Shown here in pieces: positions 35,811 through 43,762 of a stretch of DNA of 43,762 nucleotides. A program made the position numbers and the translations under genes. A model generated the notes under the pieces. The model did not search any database, had not been told where the DNA came from, and saw only the letters and a program-made list of their open reading frames with translations. Source of the DNA: an uncultured Christensenella sp. (GTDB taxonomy: Bacteria; Bacillota; Clostridia; Christensenellales; UBA1242). The first letter of the stretch is position 1. Each line of letters starts with the position of its first letter. The stretch is from NCBI GenBank assembly GCA_949293915.1, contig CASFFJ010000068.1:1-43762 (forward strand), read 5' to 3'.

Positions 35811-36440
35811 TTATTTTTGTGTGTCGTTTAAATCTTTTTGGTCTGATTGACTATCATCATCTACTTCATCTGGAATTGTAAATTCACGATATAATGAGTC
35901 TCCTTCACTATGTATAACTCTAATTCTATCTAAAAGCGCGTTATAGTCAGGCAATTCTTCAAGATTTTTTAGTTCAAAACGCTTTAAGAAGTTTTCTGTA
36001 GTACCAAAAAGTAGTGGTTTACCTATGCTATCTTTTCTACCTACTACCTCAATTAAATTATTCGACTGCAACAACTGAATTGGATAGTCGCAATTTACTC
36101 CACGGATGTATTCAATCTCTGACCTTGTAATAGGCTGTTTGTAAGCAATAACAGCAACCGTTTCAAGCGCTGCACGTGTTAAATTGCGCTCTCTAATTGG
36201 ATTTAAAATCTCTGCAATTGTATCTGCTAATTTAGGATTAGAACAAAATTGCACTTTGTTTTTATATTGAATAATATTGATACCACTAGTCTCGTTATAT
36301 TTTTGTTTCAAGATATCAAGGCATTTATTAAATTCTCTATCATTCATTTCATAGCGTGATTTGAATTCATCAATATCCACACCCTCGCCTGCAACAAAAA
36401 GTACTGCCTCAATAGTTTCTGCTATCTCGTTAAGATTCAT
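35811..36440 (-). CDS. scpB: segregation and condensation protein B
   Basis: IEAVLFVAGEGV, AALETVAVIAYKQPITRSEIE.IRGV and GRP-like GKPLLFGTT..FL..F motifs. SD ggagg precedes the tandem ATGs at 36443/36440. Confidence 0.9.
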   Translation of the reverse strand: MNLNEIAETIEAVLFVAGEGVDIDEFKSRYEMNDREFNKCLDILKQKYNETSGINIIQYKNKVQFCSNPKLADTIAEILNPIRERNLTRAALETVAVIAYKQPITRSEIEYIRGVNCDYPIQLLQSNNLIEVVGRKDSIGKPLLFGTTENFLKRFELKNLEELPDYNALLDRIRVIHSEGDSLYREFTIPDEVDDDSQSDQKDLNDTQK

Positions 36441-37194
36441 CATCCACCTCCTTGCGTTTAATGACAATATCAGCATATTTTTCTGCTTGTATTACTTCGA
36501 TTTTTTGAAATTTAAGCAATTCAAGTATCGCCATAAACACTGTAATAACTTCTAATCTTGAATATGTATCATCAAATAATGAAAAGAAGTTAATTTCGCT
36601 ATTTTCTTTTAACACATTGTTTAAAAATGCTATTTTGTCCGCAACTGTCCATCTATCTCGATTAATTTTCTTTTCTTGTGGTTCTTCTCTGTCCTTAGTG
36701 CGCATTAATAAGAAAGCAAAGGCATCTAAAAGTTTCTCTAAATTAAATTGTTTAAATACAATGCGCGCATCACCAACTGACTTATCCGGCTGTTTATAAA
36801 AGCGATTGACATTCTCAATCTCATGCAAATTCCCGCCCGCTTGCTTAAATAATTCATATTCTTGCAATCGAAGTTTTAATTGTTCTTCTGTACTCAAAGG
36901 CTGGTCATCTCCATCGACTGAGATAGGTTCAACCGGAAGCAAACTTTGTGACTTAATTTCTAGTAACATACTGGCTATATTTAAAAATTCGGTTGCTTCT
37001 TCCATATTAATATAATCTAAATCTTTAATATAATTTAAATATTGGTCTGTGACAGAAGCTAATTGAACATCTTTGATTTCAATATTTTTTTCTTTAACTA
37101 GTTGCAACAAAAGATCCAAAGGTCCTTCAAAACCTTCTATGCTAAATGTGATTTTTTGATTATCATTTTTATCTAATTCATTATCTTCCATCAC
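36430..37194 (-). CDS. scpA: segregation and condensation protein A
   Basis: FEGPLDLLLQLVKEKNIEI.DV.LA.VTDQYL N-terminal motif and the C-terminal winged-helix pattern (VITVFMAILELLK). Confidence 0.9.
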   Translation of the reverse strand: MMEDNELDKNDNQKITFSIEGFEGPLDLLLQLVKEKNIEIKDVQLASVTDQYLNYIKDLDYINMEEATEFLNIASMLLEIKSQSLLPVEPISVDGDDQPLSTEEQLKLRLQEYELFKQAGGNLHEIENVNRFYKQPDKSVGDARIVFKQFNLEKLLDAFAFLLMRTKDREEPQEKKINRDRWTVADKIAFLNNVLKENSEINFFSLFDDTYSRLEVITVFMAILELLKFQKIEVIQAEKYADIVIKRKEVDDES

Positions 37195-37877
37195 GCACCT
37201 AACAAGCCAATTGGCAAGAAAATATAATCATAAACTAACGATAAATACCAACTCAAAATATCAAATCCAAACAGTAAGTCTATAACAGCTGATGCTAATA
37301 AAATCCCCAACATAATTCTGTAACCATATCTAGCATTATTTGTAATATATTTGCTGTCTGGTTTGAGAAAACTAGATACAAAATTAAAACCATCTAATGG
37401 ATATATTGGAATAATATTGAATAATAATAGACAACTATTAATAAGCATAATGTACTGCAAAAATAAAACAACATATTCCATATAAATATTAGTTAAACCA
37501 ACCGTTGCAAGCAAAATCGCCATAATTAAACTAGCAATTAAACCTAAGATAAAATTAGCAAGTACACCCGCAATTGATGTCCATCTAATACCCTTGCGAT
37601 ATTTTTTGAAATTTAATGGGTTGATTTGAACAGGTTTAGCCCAGCCTACACCAAATAATATAAAACAAATAAAGCCCATTCCATCAAGATGTTTAATAGG
37701 ATTAAGCGTAAGTCTGCCTGTTAATTTTGGCGTTGGGTCGCCCATTTTTACCGCTACGAATCCATGTGCCCATTCGTGAATAGCAAGCGAGAAAAAGAAT
37801 ATAATAATACTAATTAAAAATATTACTATTGCCTCTGTCGCACTTAATTGGTCGTTTAATAAAATTGTATATAACAC
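37191..37877 (-). CDS. site-2 protease family (M50B) membrane metalloprotease
   Basis: HEWAHGF in TM1-2, LNPIKHLD, and NIIPIYPLDG motifs. Confidence 0.85.
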   Translation of the reverse strand: MLYTILLNDQLSATEAIVIFLISIIIFFFSLAIHEWAHGFVAVKMGDPTPKLTGRLTLNPIKHLDGMGFICFILFGVGWAKPVQINPLNFKKYRKGIRWTSIAGVLANFILGLIASLIMAILLATVGLTNIYMEYVVLFLQYIMLINSCLLLFNIIPIYPLDGFNFVSSFLKPDSKYITNNARYGYRIMLGILLASAVIDLLFGFDILSWYLSLVYDYIFLPIGLLGA

Positions 37878-38007
37878 TACCGCTCCAGTAAAATTATATC
37901 AAAACCATAAATTAATAGCAAATAATTTTTATTTTTTATTTTAAATATTTAAAATTATCTTGTTTTATTGTGTAGATATTCTATTAAATACACAATATAT
38001 TGTATTA

Positions 38008-40395
38008 TTATTTTAAAAAGCTCAAACTGTTGAGTCGGTTATAGAATGAACTTGAATTGAGTGGATGTTTTTCGTTCGTTATCATAATAATCTCACTTTC
38101 ATCTTCATTCATTTCAATAATATTAAGTTCTTTGAATGTCAATAAGCAGATAAAAAATTGTAAATATGAGTATCTATATTTATCTTTGATTTTTAATAAT
38201 ATATTTTGATAAAAATGATAAGTGTTGTAACCTGATATTTTATTTTCATATGCGAATTGAATGAGTCTAAAATATCGTCCAAACTCTTCTCGCGACAAAT
38301 CTACGTTTCTCATTGTTAAACTATTAGAAATTGTTAAATGTGGCAAATATATTACAGAATTGGTTACCTTATGCAATGCACTTAAATACCCCATATTGAG
38401 TATTGGGTCAAGGAAAATAATTCTGCTGAAAGTATTAAAACTTTTAAATCCTTTAGGTGCTAAGATTATAGTATTTAATCCTGTATCATCATCAAGTTCA
38501 AATATACGTGTTCTAAATATGTTGTTAATATCAAAAATCGCTTTAAAATTAATATATGTGTTATAATCGTTAGCAACGATGAGCGTGCCATACACATTTT
38601 TATCCATATCTACCAATAATCTAATGAGCTGGTCACGATTATAATTATTAAATTGATATTTTTCATCCATTGGATATGTTATTTGGCGAACATATTCGGC
38701 TAAAATTATATCGTTATCGACTGGTCGATATATATCTTGATAATCAATACTCTTCACTATACCTGAAATCTTTTTATTATTCCTAAAACTATCTATAGTT
38801 AAATCTGCTAAGACATTACTTGAAGTGTTGCCAGATAAAACATAATAATATTTACTAGAATTAAATGCAAGCAGACTAAAATTAGGATAAGACAAAATCA
38901 AATGTTGTTTATGCTTTGGCAAACTGCTAATTATTGCATTATTTAATTTAAAATTAAATATTGGTCTAGAATTCATATGTCCGCAAGGCTCTAACCAGTC
39001 AATATCTTCAACTAATTTTATCGTTATTTCATTAGCATCTAGGTCAAAATCAAATACTTTTGTTGGTAAAAAGTCAGATTTGTTTAAATTTTTTGCCACA
39101 TAGTCATTTGTTTTACTAACAAATGTGTCATAATTATTAACTTTTAAGGTCAAACCAGCTGCCATTGGATGACCGCCAAATTCTTTTAGTAAATTGGATA
39201 CGTTTGTTAAAAGCGAATGTATATTTACTCCGTTTACGCTTCTGCATGAACCAACAAGTTCATCGCCAACTTGACTGAATAAAAATGTTGGTCTATGGTA
39301 CTCTTCTGCGATTCGAGCAGAAACAATGCCTAAAATCCCACTATCCCATTCGGGCGAGCTCATAATAATCGCACTTATTTTAAAAATATCTTGTGTACTC
39401 AAAAATTGTTTAACATCAACGTAAACTTTGTCGCACAATTTTTGACGCTGATTGTTATATTCTATGATTTGATTACAGATTTTCTTTATCTCAACCATAT
39501 TATCTTTAAGGTATAATTGCAAGCTGGTCTCAGCTGACCCCATCCTGCCACTTGCATTAATTTTTGGTGCTAATTTATATGCAATATCACTGGCTGAACA
39601 ATGTGTATCAAGACCACACTCTTGCATAAGTTTTAATATGCCTTTTGGTGCTTTGTCTAAATCTTTTAGTCCTAGTGATACGATAGCTCTATTTTCATCA
39701 AGAAGTTCAACGATATCTGCGATTGTTGCTATAGCACAAATTGGCAAATAGTTTATTATTGCGTTAATTCCGCCATGTGCTTGCACCAATTTTAGCGCGA
39801 CACCTGCGCCACATAACGATTTAAAAGGATAAGTTTTGCTCAATTTTGGATTAATAATGAGACAGTTAGGGATTTGTTCTCCAATTTCGTGATGGTCTGT
39901 AATTATTATGTCTATGTTGTTTGATTTTATAAATTCAACCGCTTCAACCGCTGTAATTCCGCAGTCTACTGTAATAATTAAATTGTAATAATCTTTGTTT
40001 AAAATTTTTTTAAGAGTAGCAATGCTTAAACCATAACCATCTTCATATCTGTTTGGCATAAAATTATCAACATTCACGCCAATTGATTTAAAATATTTCA
40101 CAAGTATTGCGCTGGCAGAAATACCATCAACATCATAATCTCCGAATATTAAAACTTTGCTATTTTTCTCTATATGTTGATTGATAAGCATAACTGCATC
40201 ATTCATATCTTCAAACAAAAACGGATCGTTTAAATGTGATAAATTAGGATGTAAGTATTTGTCCAATTTTTCTTTTGTGTCTATACCACGAGAATACAAA
40301 AGATTGACGAGATTTATATCTAAATTAAATAATTTTGACATCTCGTTTGTAAATTCATAATTTATATCTTTTCTCATTGTACAAACATATTGCAT
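38008..40395 (-). CDS. recJ: single-stranded-DNA-specific exonuclease RecJ
   Basis: DHH family motifs (IFGDYDVDGISA, ITVDCGI, IIITDHHE), DHHA1 GGHPMAAG, and a long C-terminal extension as in the ~790-aa Bacillota RecJ. Position after secDF. Confidence 0.93.
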   Translation of the reverse strand: MQYVCTMRKDINYEFTNEMSKLFNLDINLVNLLYSRGIDTKEKLDKYLHPNLSHLNDPFLFEDMNDAVMLINQHIEKNSKVLIFGDYDVDGISASAILVKYFKSIGVNVDNFMPNRYEDGYGLSIATLKKILNKDYYNLIITVDCGITAVEAVEFIKSNNIDIIITDHHEIGEQIPNCLIINPKLSKTYPFKSLCGAGVALKLVQAHGGINAIINYLPICAIATIADIVELLDENRAIVSLGLKDLDKAPKGILKLMQECGLDTHCSASDIAYKLAPKINASGRMGSAETSLQLYLKDNMVEIKKICNQIIEYNNQRQKLCDKVYVDVKQFLSTQDIFKISAIIMSSPEWDSGILGIVSARIAEEYHRPTFLFSQVGDELVGSCRSVNGVNIHSLLTNVSNLLKEFGGHPMAAGLTLKVNNYDTFVSKTNDYVAKNLNKSDFLPTKVFDFDLDANEITIKLVEDIDWLEPCGHMNSRPIFNFKLNNAIISSLPKHKQHLILSYPNFSLLAFNSSKYYYVLSGNTSSNVLADLTIDSFRNNKKISGIVKSIDYQDIYRPVDNDIILAEYVRQITYPMDEKYQFNNYNRDQLIRLLVDMDKNVYGTLIVANDYNTYINFKAIFDINNIFRTRIFELDDDTGLNTIILAPKGFKSFNTFSRIIFLDPILNMGYLSALHKVTNSVIYLPHLTISNSLTMRNVDLSREEFGRYFRLIQFAYENKISGYNTYHFYQNILLKIKDKYRYSYLQFFICLLTFKELNIIEMNEDESEIIMITNEKHPLNSSSFYNRLNSLSFLK

Positions 40396-40406
40396 AACAC
40401 ATCTTT

Positions 40407-40434
40407 AAATAAAAAGCCTTTCGTTTGAAAGGCT
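40407..40434 (-). terminator. terminator-like hairpin between secF and recJ
   Basis: On the minus strand, AGCCUUUC-AAAC-GAAAGGCU is followed by UUUUAUUU. It ends about 12 nt upstream of the recJ ATG (40395). Confidence 0.65.
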
Positions 40435-40438
40435 AATA

Positions 40439-41449
40439 TTAACCATCAATAGCCTCATTCTCTACGTTGTTAACACTAGAACTATTTGATGTTTCTTGCT
40501 TATTAATTTCATCTTTTTTATCAGATTTGTTTGATTTAATATTACGTCTTTTAGTAAGTGTAATAAATACACTCCAACAAAATGGAATTAAATATGTCAC
40601 ACTAGCAAGCAATACAACCGCCATAAATAAAATATTTAATGATAAATACTTCAATGTTATTGGTGCAAATAACGCAAATGCTACACCAACAACTAAGATT
40701 GAGCTACTTATTATACACGAACGAAATTTAATTTTGTTCATAGCAGATTTAATCGCTTCGCTATAATTATTTGCATCCAAGAAACTTTCTTGTCTAATTG
40801 TCTCGAAAACTTGAATTGCTAAATACATTACCAGTATATTCAAAAGACTCAACATTGCTAAATACGATAATCCAACACTAAGTCTTAAAATTGCTGAAAG
40901 TGATATAAAGCCTAGTGTCGCAATAAGGCAAGAAATCAGCAAAGTCAGCGCACTTGCGCTATTATATCGAACAGAAGTAAATATAATTGCAATAATTAAT
41001 AACAATAATATACCAACAATCGAATATATAATGTCAGTTATCTCTACAATAGGACTAACTTCTGTATGCGATGAAATTAAACTAATATCAAGTTGTAAAT
41101 CGGCACTAATCTTAGTGTTTAACTCAGTTTGTTTATCACTAGACAAATCTCCGACATATTTAACAATAATTTTAGTGTCATCACCTTCATCAAAAATTTG
41201 AACATTTTGATATTCTGCATACTTATTAACATTACTCTCTATTTTCATAATATAATTATCGTATTTTGAACTATCGGTGCCCACTGTTATAGAAAATTCG
41301 TTATATCCTGTGAATTCATAATTTGCATTCAATCCAAATATTGCGCAGAAAACCAATCCCAGCACTAATATTGAAATTATAACGATTAATGAGACTTTGT
41401 TTTTTGCAAAATAGTCTTTGTTTGATTTAGAAAAATCTCTATTAAGCAT
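40439..41449 (-). CDS. secF: protein translocase subunit SecF
   Basis: N-terminal TM helix, periplasmic-type domain and a C-terminal six-helix bundle. ATG 41449 is preceded by SD aggagg and overlaps the secD stop by 8 nt. Confidence 0.9.
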   Translation of the reverse strand: MLNRDFSKSNKDYFAKNKVSLIVIISILVLGLVFCAIFGLNANYEFTGYNEFSITVGTDSSKYDNYIMKIESNVNKYAEYQNVQIFDEGDDTKIIVKYVGDLSSDKQTELNTKISADLQLDISLISSHTEVSPIVEITDIIYSIVGILLLLIIAIIFTSVRYNSASALTLLISCLIATLGFISLSAILRLSVGLSYLAMLSLLNILVMYLAIQVFETIRQESFLDANNYSEAIKSAMNKIKFRSCIISSSILVVGVAFALFAPITLKYLSLNILFMAVVLLASVTYLIPFCWSVFITLTKRRNIKSNKSDKKDEINKQETSNSSSVNNVENEAIDG

Positions 41450-42761
41450 TCTGCCCTCCTTTGTGGAAATTACACTTTTTGCCATCATTGTTATTATATG
41501 GAAGGTACATCTTTATAAATAAACGCATTAGAACTAGTGAAGTAAACATATTCAGTAAACCGCCTATCATCATTACCCATCCGAATGATTGTAATGTAGC
41601 TACTGGCAAAAATATTGAAATTAAACCAGCAACAACTAGCAATGCGCTTGTGAATAATATTTTTGATAAATTATCTTTTTGTGCCACACGCAAAGCAACA
41701 TATAATTTGGTGTCAGCATTATAATAAGATTTTGCTTTTTCAAATATCATCATCAAGCTATCAATAGCTACAATAAGTGCTATCATCATAGCAATAATAC
41801 CAGAAAAATTAATGGTCACAAGTGGAATAGATTGAATTAAGAAAATACTAATTGTTATAAAAAACAATAGATTAAAACAAGCAAGCCAACCTAAATGCTT
41901 GTATCTTATAATTAAATAAATGAAAAATGCAAGCACCACTATTGCCATCGCAATTGCTAACAAAATATTTGCTCCTACGCCATAATCTGGAGTTATATTT
42001 GCAGATTCAATTTTTGTTAATTCTAATGCAAGCGTGCCAGTTTTAATCTTATTGGCGTAATATGTTGCTGTATTTAAATCAGTAAATACATCACTCTGCA
42101 TAGTGATAATACCATCTGTAATTGATTCGCTCAACGACATTGAAGTAAACTGAGTGTCACCGAAATAATAATATAATGTCCCACCATCTTTAGTCGCGTT
42201 AGCAATTTTGCTCTTGGAACTATCTTTAAAATTGATTTGCACATAATAAATCATTTCGCCAGTCGTACTGTCATAATATTCGTGTGCGGTTACATCTTTA
42301 ATATCGTGTGCGACTGCAATAGGTACAGAACTATCAGTCTTTTCTTCCATATAAAAACTGAGAGTCTCTGGGTCTCCTATCAAATTAATTATTTCTGCAC
42401 TATCAGATTCGCTTAATATATTGCCAACAGTGAGTAAAATGCCACGCTCACCATAACTAGCAACAGACACATCATTATAACCGATATCGTTAACAATATC
42501 TTTTAATTCTGATTTTGTTGATTTGAGTAATACATTATAATTATCTTCACTCTCGCCATAAGGTAAATCAGTGCGATAAACTATTCTCAAATTCTCGCCA
42601 ATATCGTTGCCTAATTTAATATTGCTGACAAAACTGGAATATGAATAGTATTTACCATTTACAGAAAGTGGATAAGTAAAGTTTACAAATGTAGCGACAA
42701 GTAATAAGACTAAAATTATTGCAAATACCACAAATAAACTCGTTGATCGTTTTCTAGTCAT
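41442..42761 (-). CDS. secD: protein translocase subunit SecD
   Basis: N-terminal TM helix, large extracytoplasmic domain, and a C-terminal six-helix bundle (GIIAMMIALIVAIDSLMMIFE). SD aggag is present, and it is paired with secF. Confidence 0.9.
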   Translation of the reverse strand: MTRKRSTSLFVVFAIILVLLLVATFVNFTYPLSVNGKYYSYSSFVSNIKLGNDIGENLRIVYRTDLPYGESEDNYNVLLKSTKSELKDIVNDIGYNDVSVASYGERGILLTVGNILSESDSAEIINLIGDPETLSFYMEEKTDSSVPIAVAHDIKDVTAHEYYDSTTGEMIYYVQINFKDSSKSKIANATKDGGTLYYYFGDTQFTSMSLSESITDGIITMQSDVFTDLNTATYYANKIKTGTLALELTKIESANITPDYGVGANILLAIAMAIVVLAFFIYLIIRYKHLGWLACFNLLFFITISIFLIQSIPLVTINFSGIIAMMIALIVAIDSLMMIFEKAKSYYNADTKLYVALRVAQKDNLSKILFTSALLVVAGLISIFLPVATLQSFGWVMMIGGLLNMFTSLVLMRLFIKMYLPYNNNDGKKCNFHKGGQNA

Positions 42762-42781
42762 AAATTCTCCTAATTTAGATA

Positions 42782-42810
42782 ATTATACCTAAACTATTAA
42801 AAAAAGTCAA
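42782..42810 (-). promoter_or_regulatory. near-consensus sigma-A promoter for secD-secF
   Basis: Minus strand: TTGACT (42805-42810), 17-nt spacer, TATAAT (42782-42787), about 20 nt upstream of the secD ATG. Confidence 0.65.
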
Positions 42811-42931
42811 ATAAAACAATGAAATAGATTTAGGTTTAGTAAATTTTTTTATATATATTAGCATAACGCTAAAATCTAATATAAATATATTTTACAAAAA
42901 GAATTATTGACCAAAAACTTGAATTATAAAA

Positions 42932-43327
42932 TTAATTTTTGCGACTCATCAAATTTATCATAACCGCAACTATCATAGCCACAATTATTGAAAATAAAAG
43001 ATCATACAAAATTGACATATTAATATTAAATGCTCCATTTAATATCGAAAAGACAGCTAATGCTAAAACGGCGTAAATTATTCCTGCAAAAATTGAATTG
43101 ATGATTAATTTGCCATCCATTTTTTTGTTTAATAAAAACACTATTACAAAAATTGATAATGCTTTTATAATGTCATTAATATACCCTATCGCTTTGCTTG
43201 GTAAATCAGCGAATTTTAAAATTAGTGCAAAGACCACAACTCCTAAAAGTGTCACAATTAGTCCAATCAAGCAACATTTTAAAATTGCTAAAAATTTTTT
43301 TAATACATTTTGTTTGATGTTTTCCAT
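42932..43327 (-). CDS. small four-helix membrane protein, possibly TIGR04086/DUF3792 (YrzE-like)
   Basis: 131 aa and very hydrophobic. SD aggagg precedes ATG 43327. The family assignment is from general resemblance and its position near secDF only. Confidence 0.65.
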   Translation of the reverse strand: MENIKQNVLKKFLAILKCCLIGLIVTLLGVVVFALILKFADLPSKAIGYINDIIKALSIFVIVFLLNKKMDGKLIINSIFAGIIYAVLALAVFSILNGAFNINMSILYDLLFSIIVAMIVAVMINLMSRKN

Positions 43328-43603
43328 TTTAATATCCTCCTTACAATAAAATATTTGAAAATGTATGAAATATAAGTTAAAATTTTATAATTTATTAAAA
43401 TGTTTACACGAAAAATGTTGAATATTTAAACTTTAATTTGTTATCAATAATTCTATTTTATATAAAACTAAAATAGAAAAAAACTAGGTTTACTGATAAA
43501 AATATATTTAAGCAAATATGCTGTATTATTTAAAAAGTGCTATATTATTGTTATTGAAGTATACAAATATATCATAGTTTCTTAAACAAAAATAATTATA
43601 TAA

Positions 43604-43628
43604 AAAATACCTATACAATAGGTATTTT
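43604..43628 (-). terminator. terminator hairpin, probably ending a minus-strand gene that lies beyond the right edge
   Basis: An 11-bp stem aaaatacctat/ataggtatttt with a 3-nt loop. The minus-strand version is followed by UUAUAUAAU. It could also act on the plus strand. Confidence 0.5.
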
Positions 43629-43762
43629 AGTTCTATCTTTTTTAAATATTACATAAATTCGTTTATTGATAACATTTATAATTATTGTATATAATCTTAC
43701 TTTGTTTAATAGAATTAGCTGTTAAGTTGTAATTTGCTAAATATTTTAAATTTAATATATAA

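Noticed and set aside
37955-38007. Inverted repeat ttgtgta-N14-tacacaa just downstream of recJ.
   Set aside because: There is no U-tract on the recJ strand and the loop is long and AT-rich. It is probably fortuitous.
43640-43762. TTGATA-18-TATAAT on the plus strand near the right edge, as an outward-facing promoter.
   Set aside because: No downstream gene is visible within the window, and such matches are frequent in DNA this AT-rich.
1-43762. A search for a novel accessory, defence or mobile system: CRISPR repeats, integrases/transposases, toxin-antitoxin pairs, restriction-modification, phage genes, long direct or inverted repeats, GC-content islands.
   Set aside because: Nothing of this kind was seen. 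Every ORF of 100 aa or more that is not an antisense shadow ORF is either a recognisable core gene or one of two small membrane proteins and one partial ORF without motifs. Calling a new system here would not be supported by the sequence.

Overview
This is an AT-rich chromosomal segment (GC judged by eye, not computed) from a Bacillota endospore-former, probably Clostridia-like. TGA is a normal stop: glmS ends ...SVTVE-TGA, so the genetic code is 11, not 4. I call 51 protein genes (one partial) and one tRNA. All are on the minus strand except rpsT, tRNA-Glu and the partial ORF at the left edge. The content is almost entirely core housekeeping, arranged as blocks that are separate in Bacillus subtilis:
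- glmS-murI
- comEC-holA, with a YgjP-like gene, convergent with rpsT
- efp-spoIIIAA..AH-asp23-nusB-xseAB, followed by proS
- rpsB-tsf-frr-uppS-cdsA-rseP-(polC slot)-rimP-nusA-ylxR-infB-rbfA-truB
- ruvX-DUF1292
- plsC-S1
- scpAB-ytfIJ-dacB-rluB
- secDF-recJ

I see no CRISPR array, IS element, integrase, toxin-antitoxin pair, defence gene or large repeat, so I cannot support a claim of a novel accessory system here.

The things worth a second look are structural oddities of the core:
1. The polC slot holds only a 504-aa protein that looks like the PolC N-terminal/OB region plus the PolC proofreading exonuclease, with no PHP or polymerase core.
2. Every syntenic slot that usually holds a MEP/isoprenoid gene (ispA-dxs, dxr, ispG, ispH) is empty, while uppS is kept. 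pyrH is also missing between tsf and frr.
3. A GC-rich hairpin sits directly after a consensus promoter in the rimP-nusA-infB leader.
4. Intrinsic-terminator-like hairpins lie immediately in front of nusB, the exonuclease gene and recJ, with no room for a promoter.
5. glmS has no space for a glmS ribozyme.

All functional calls come from reading motifs and gene order, not from database searches.
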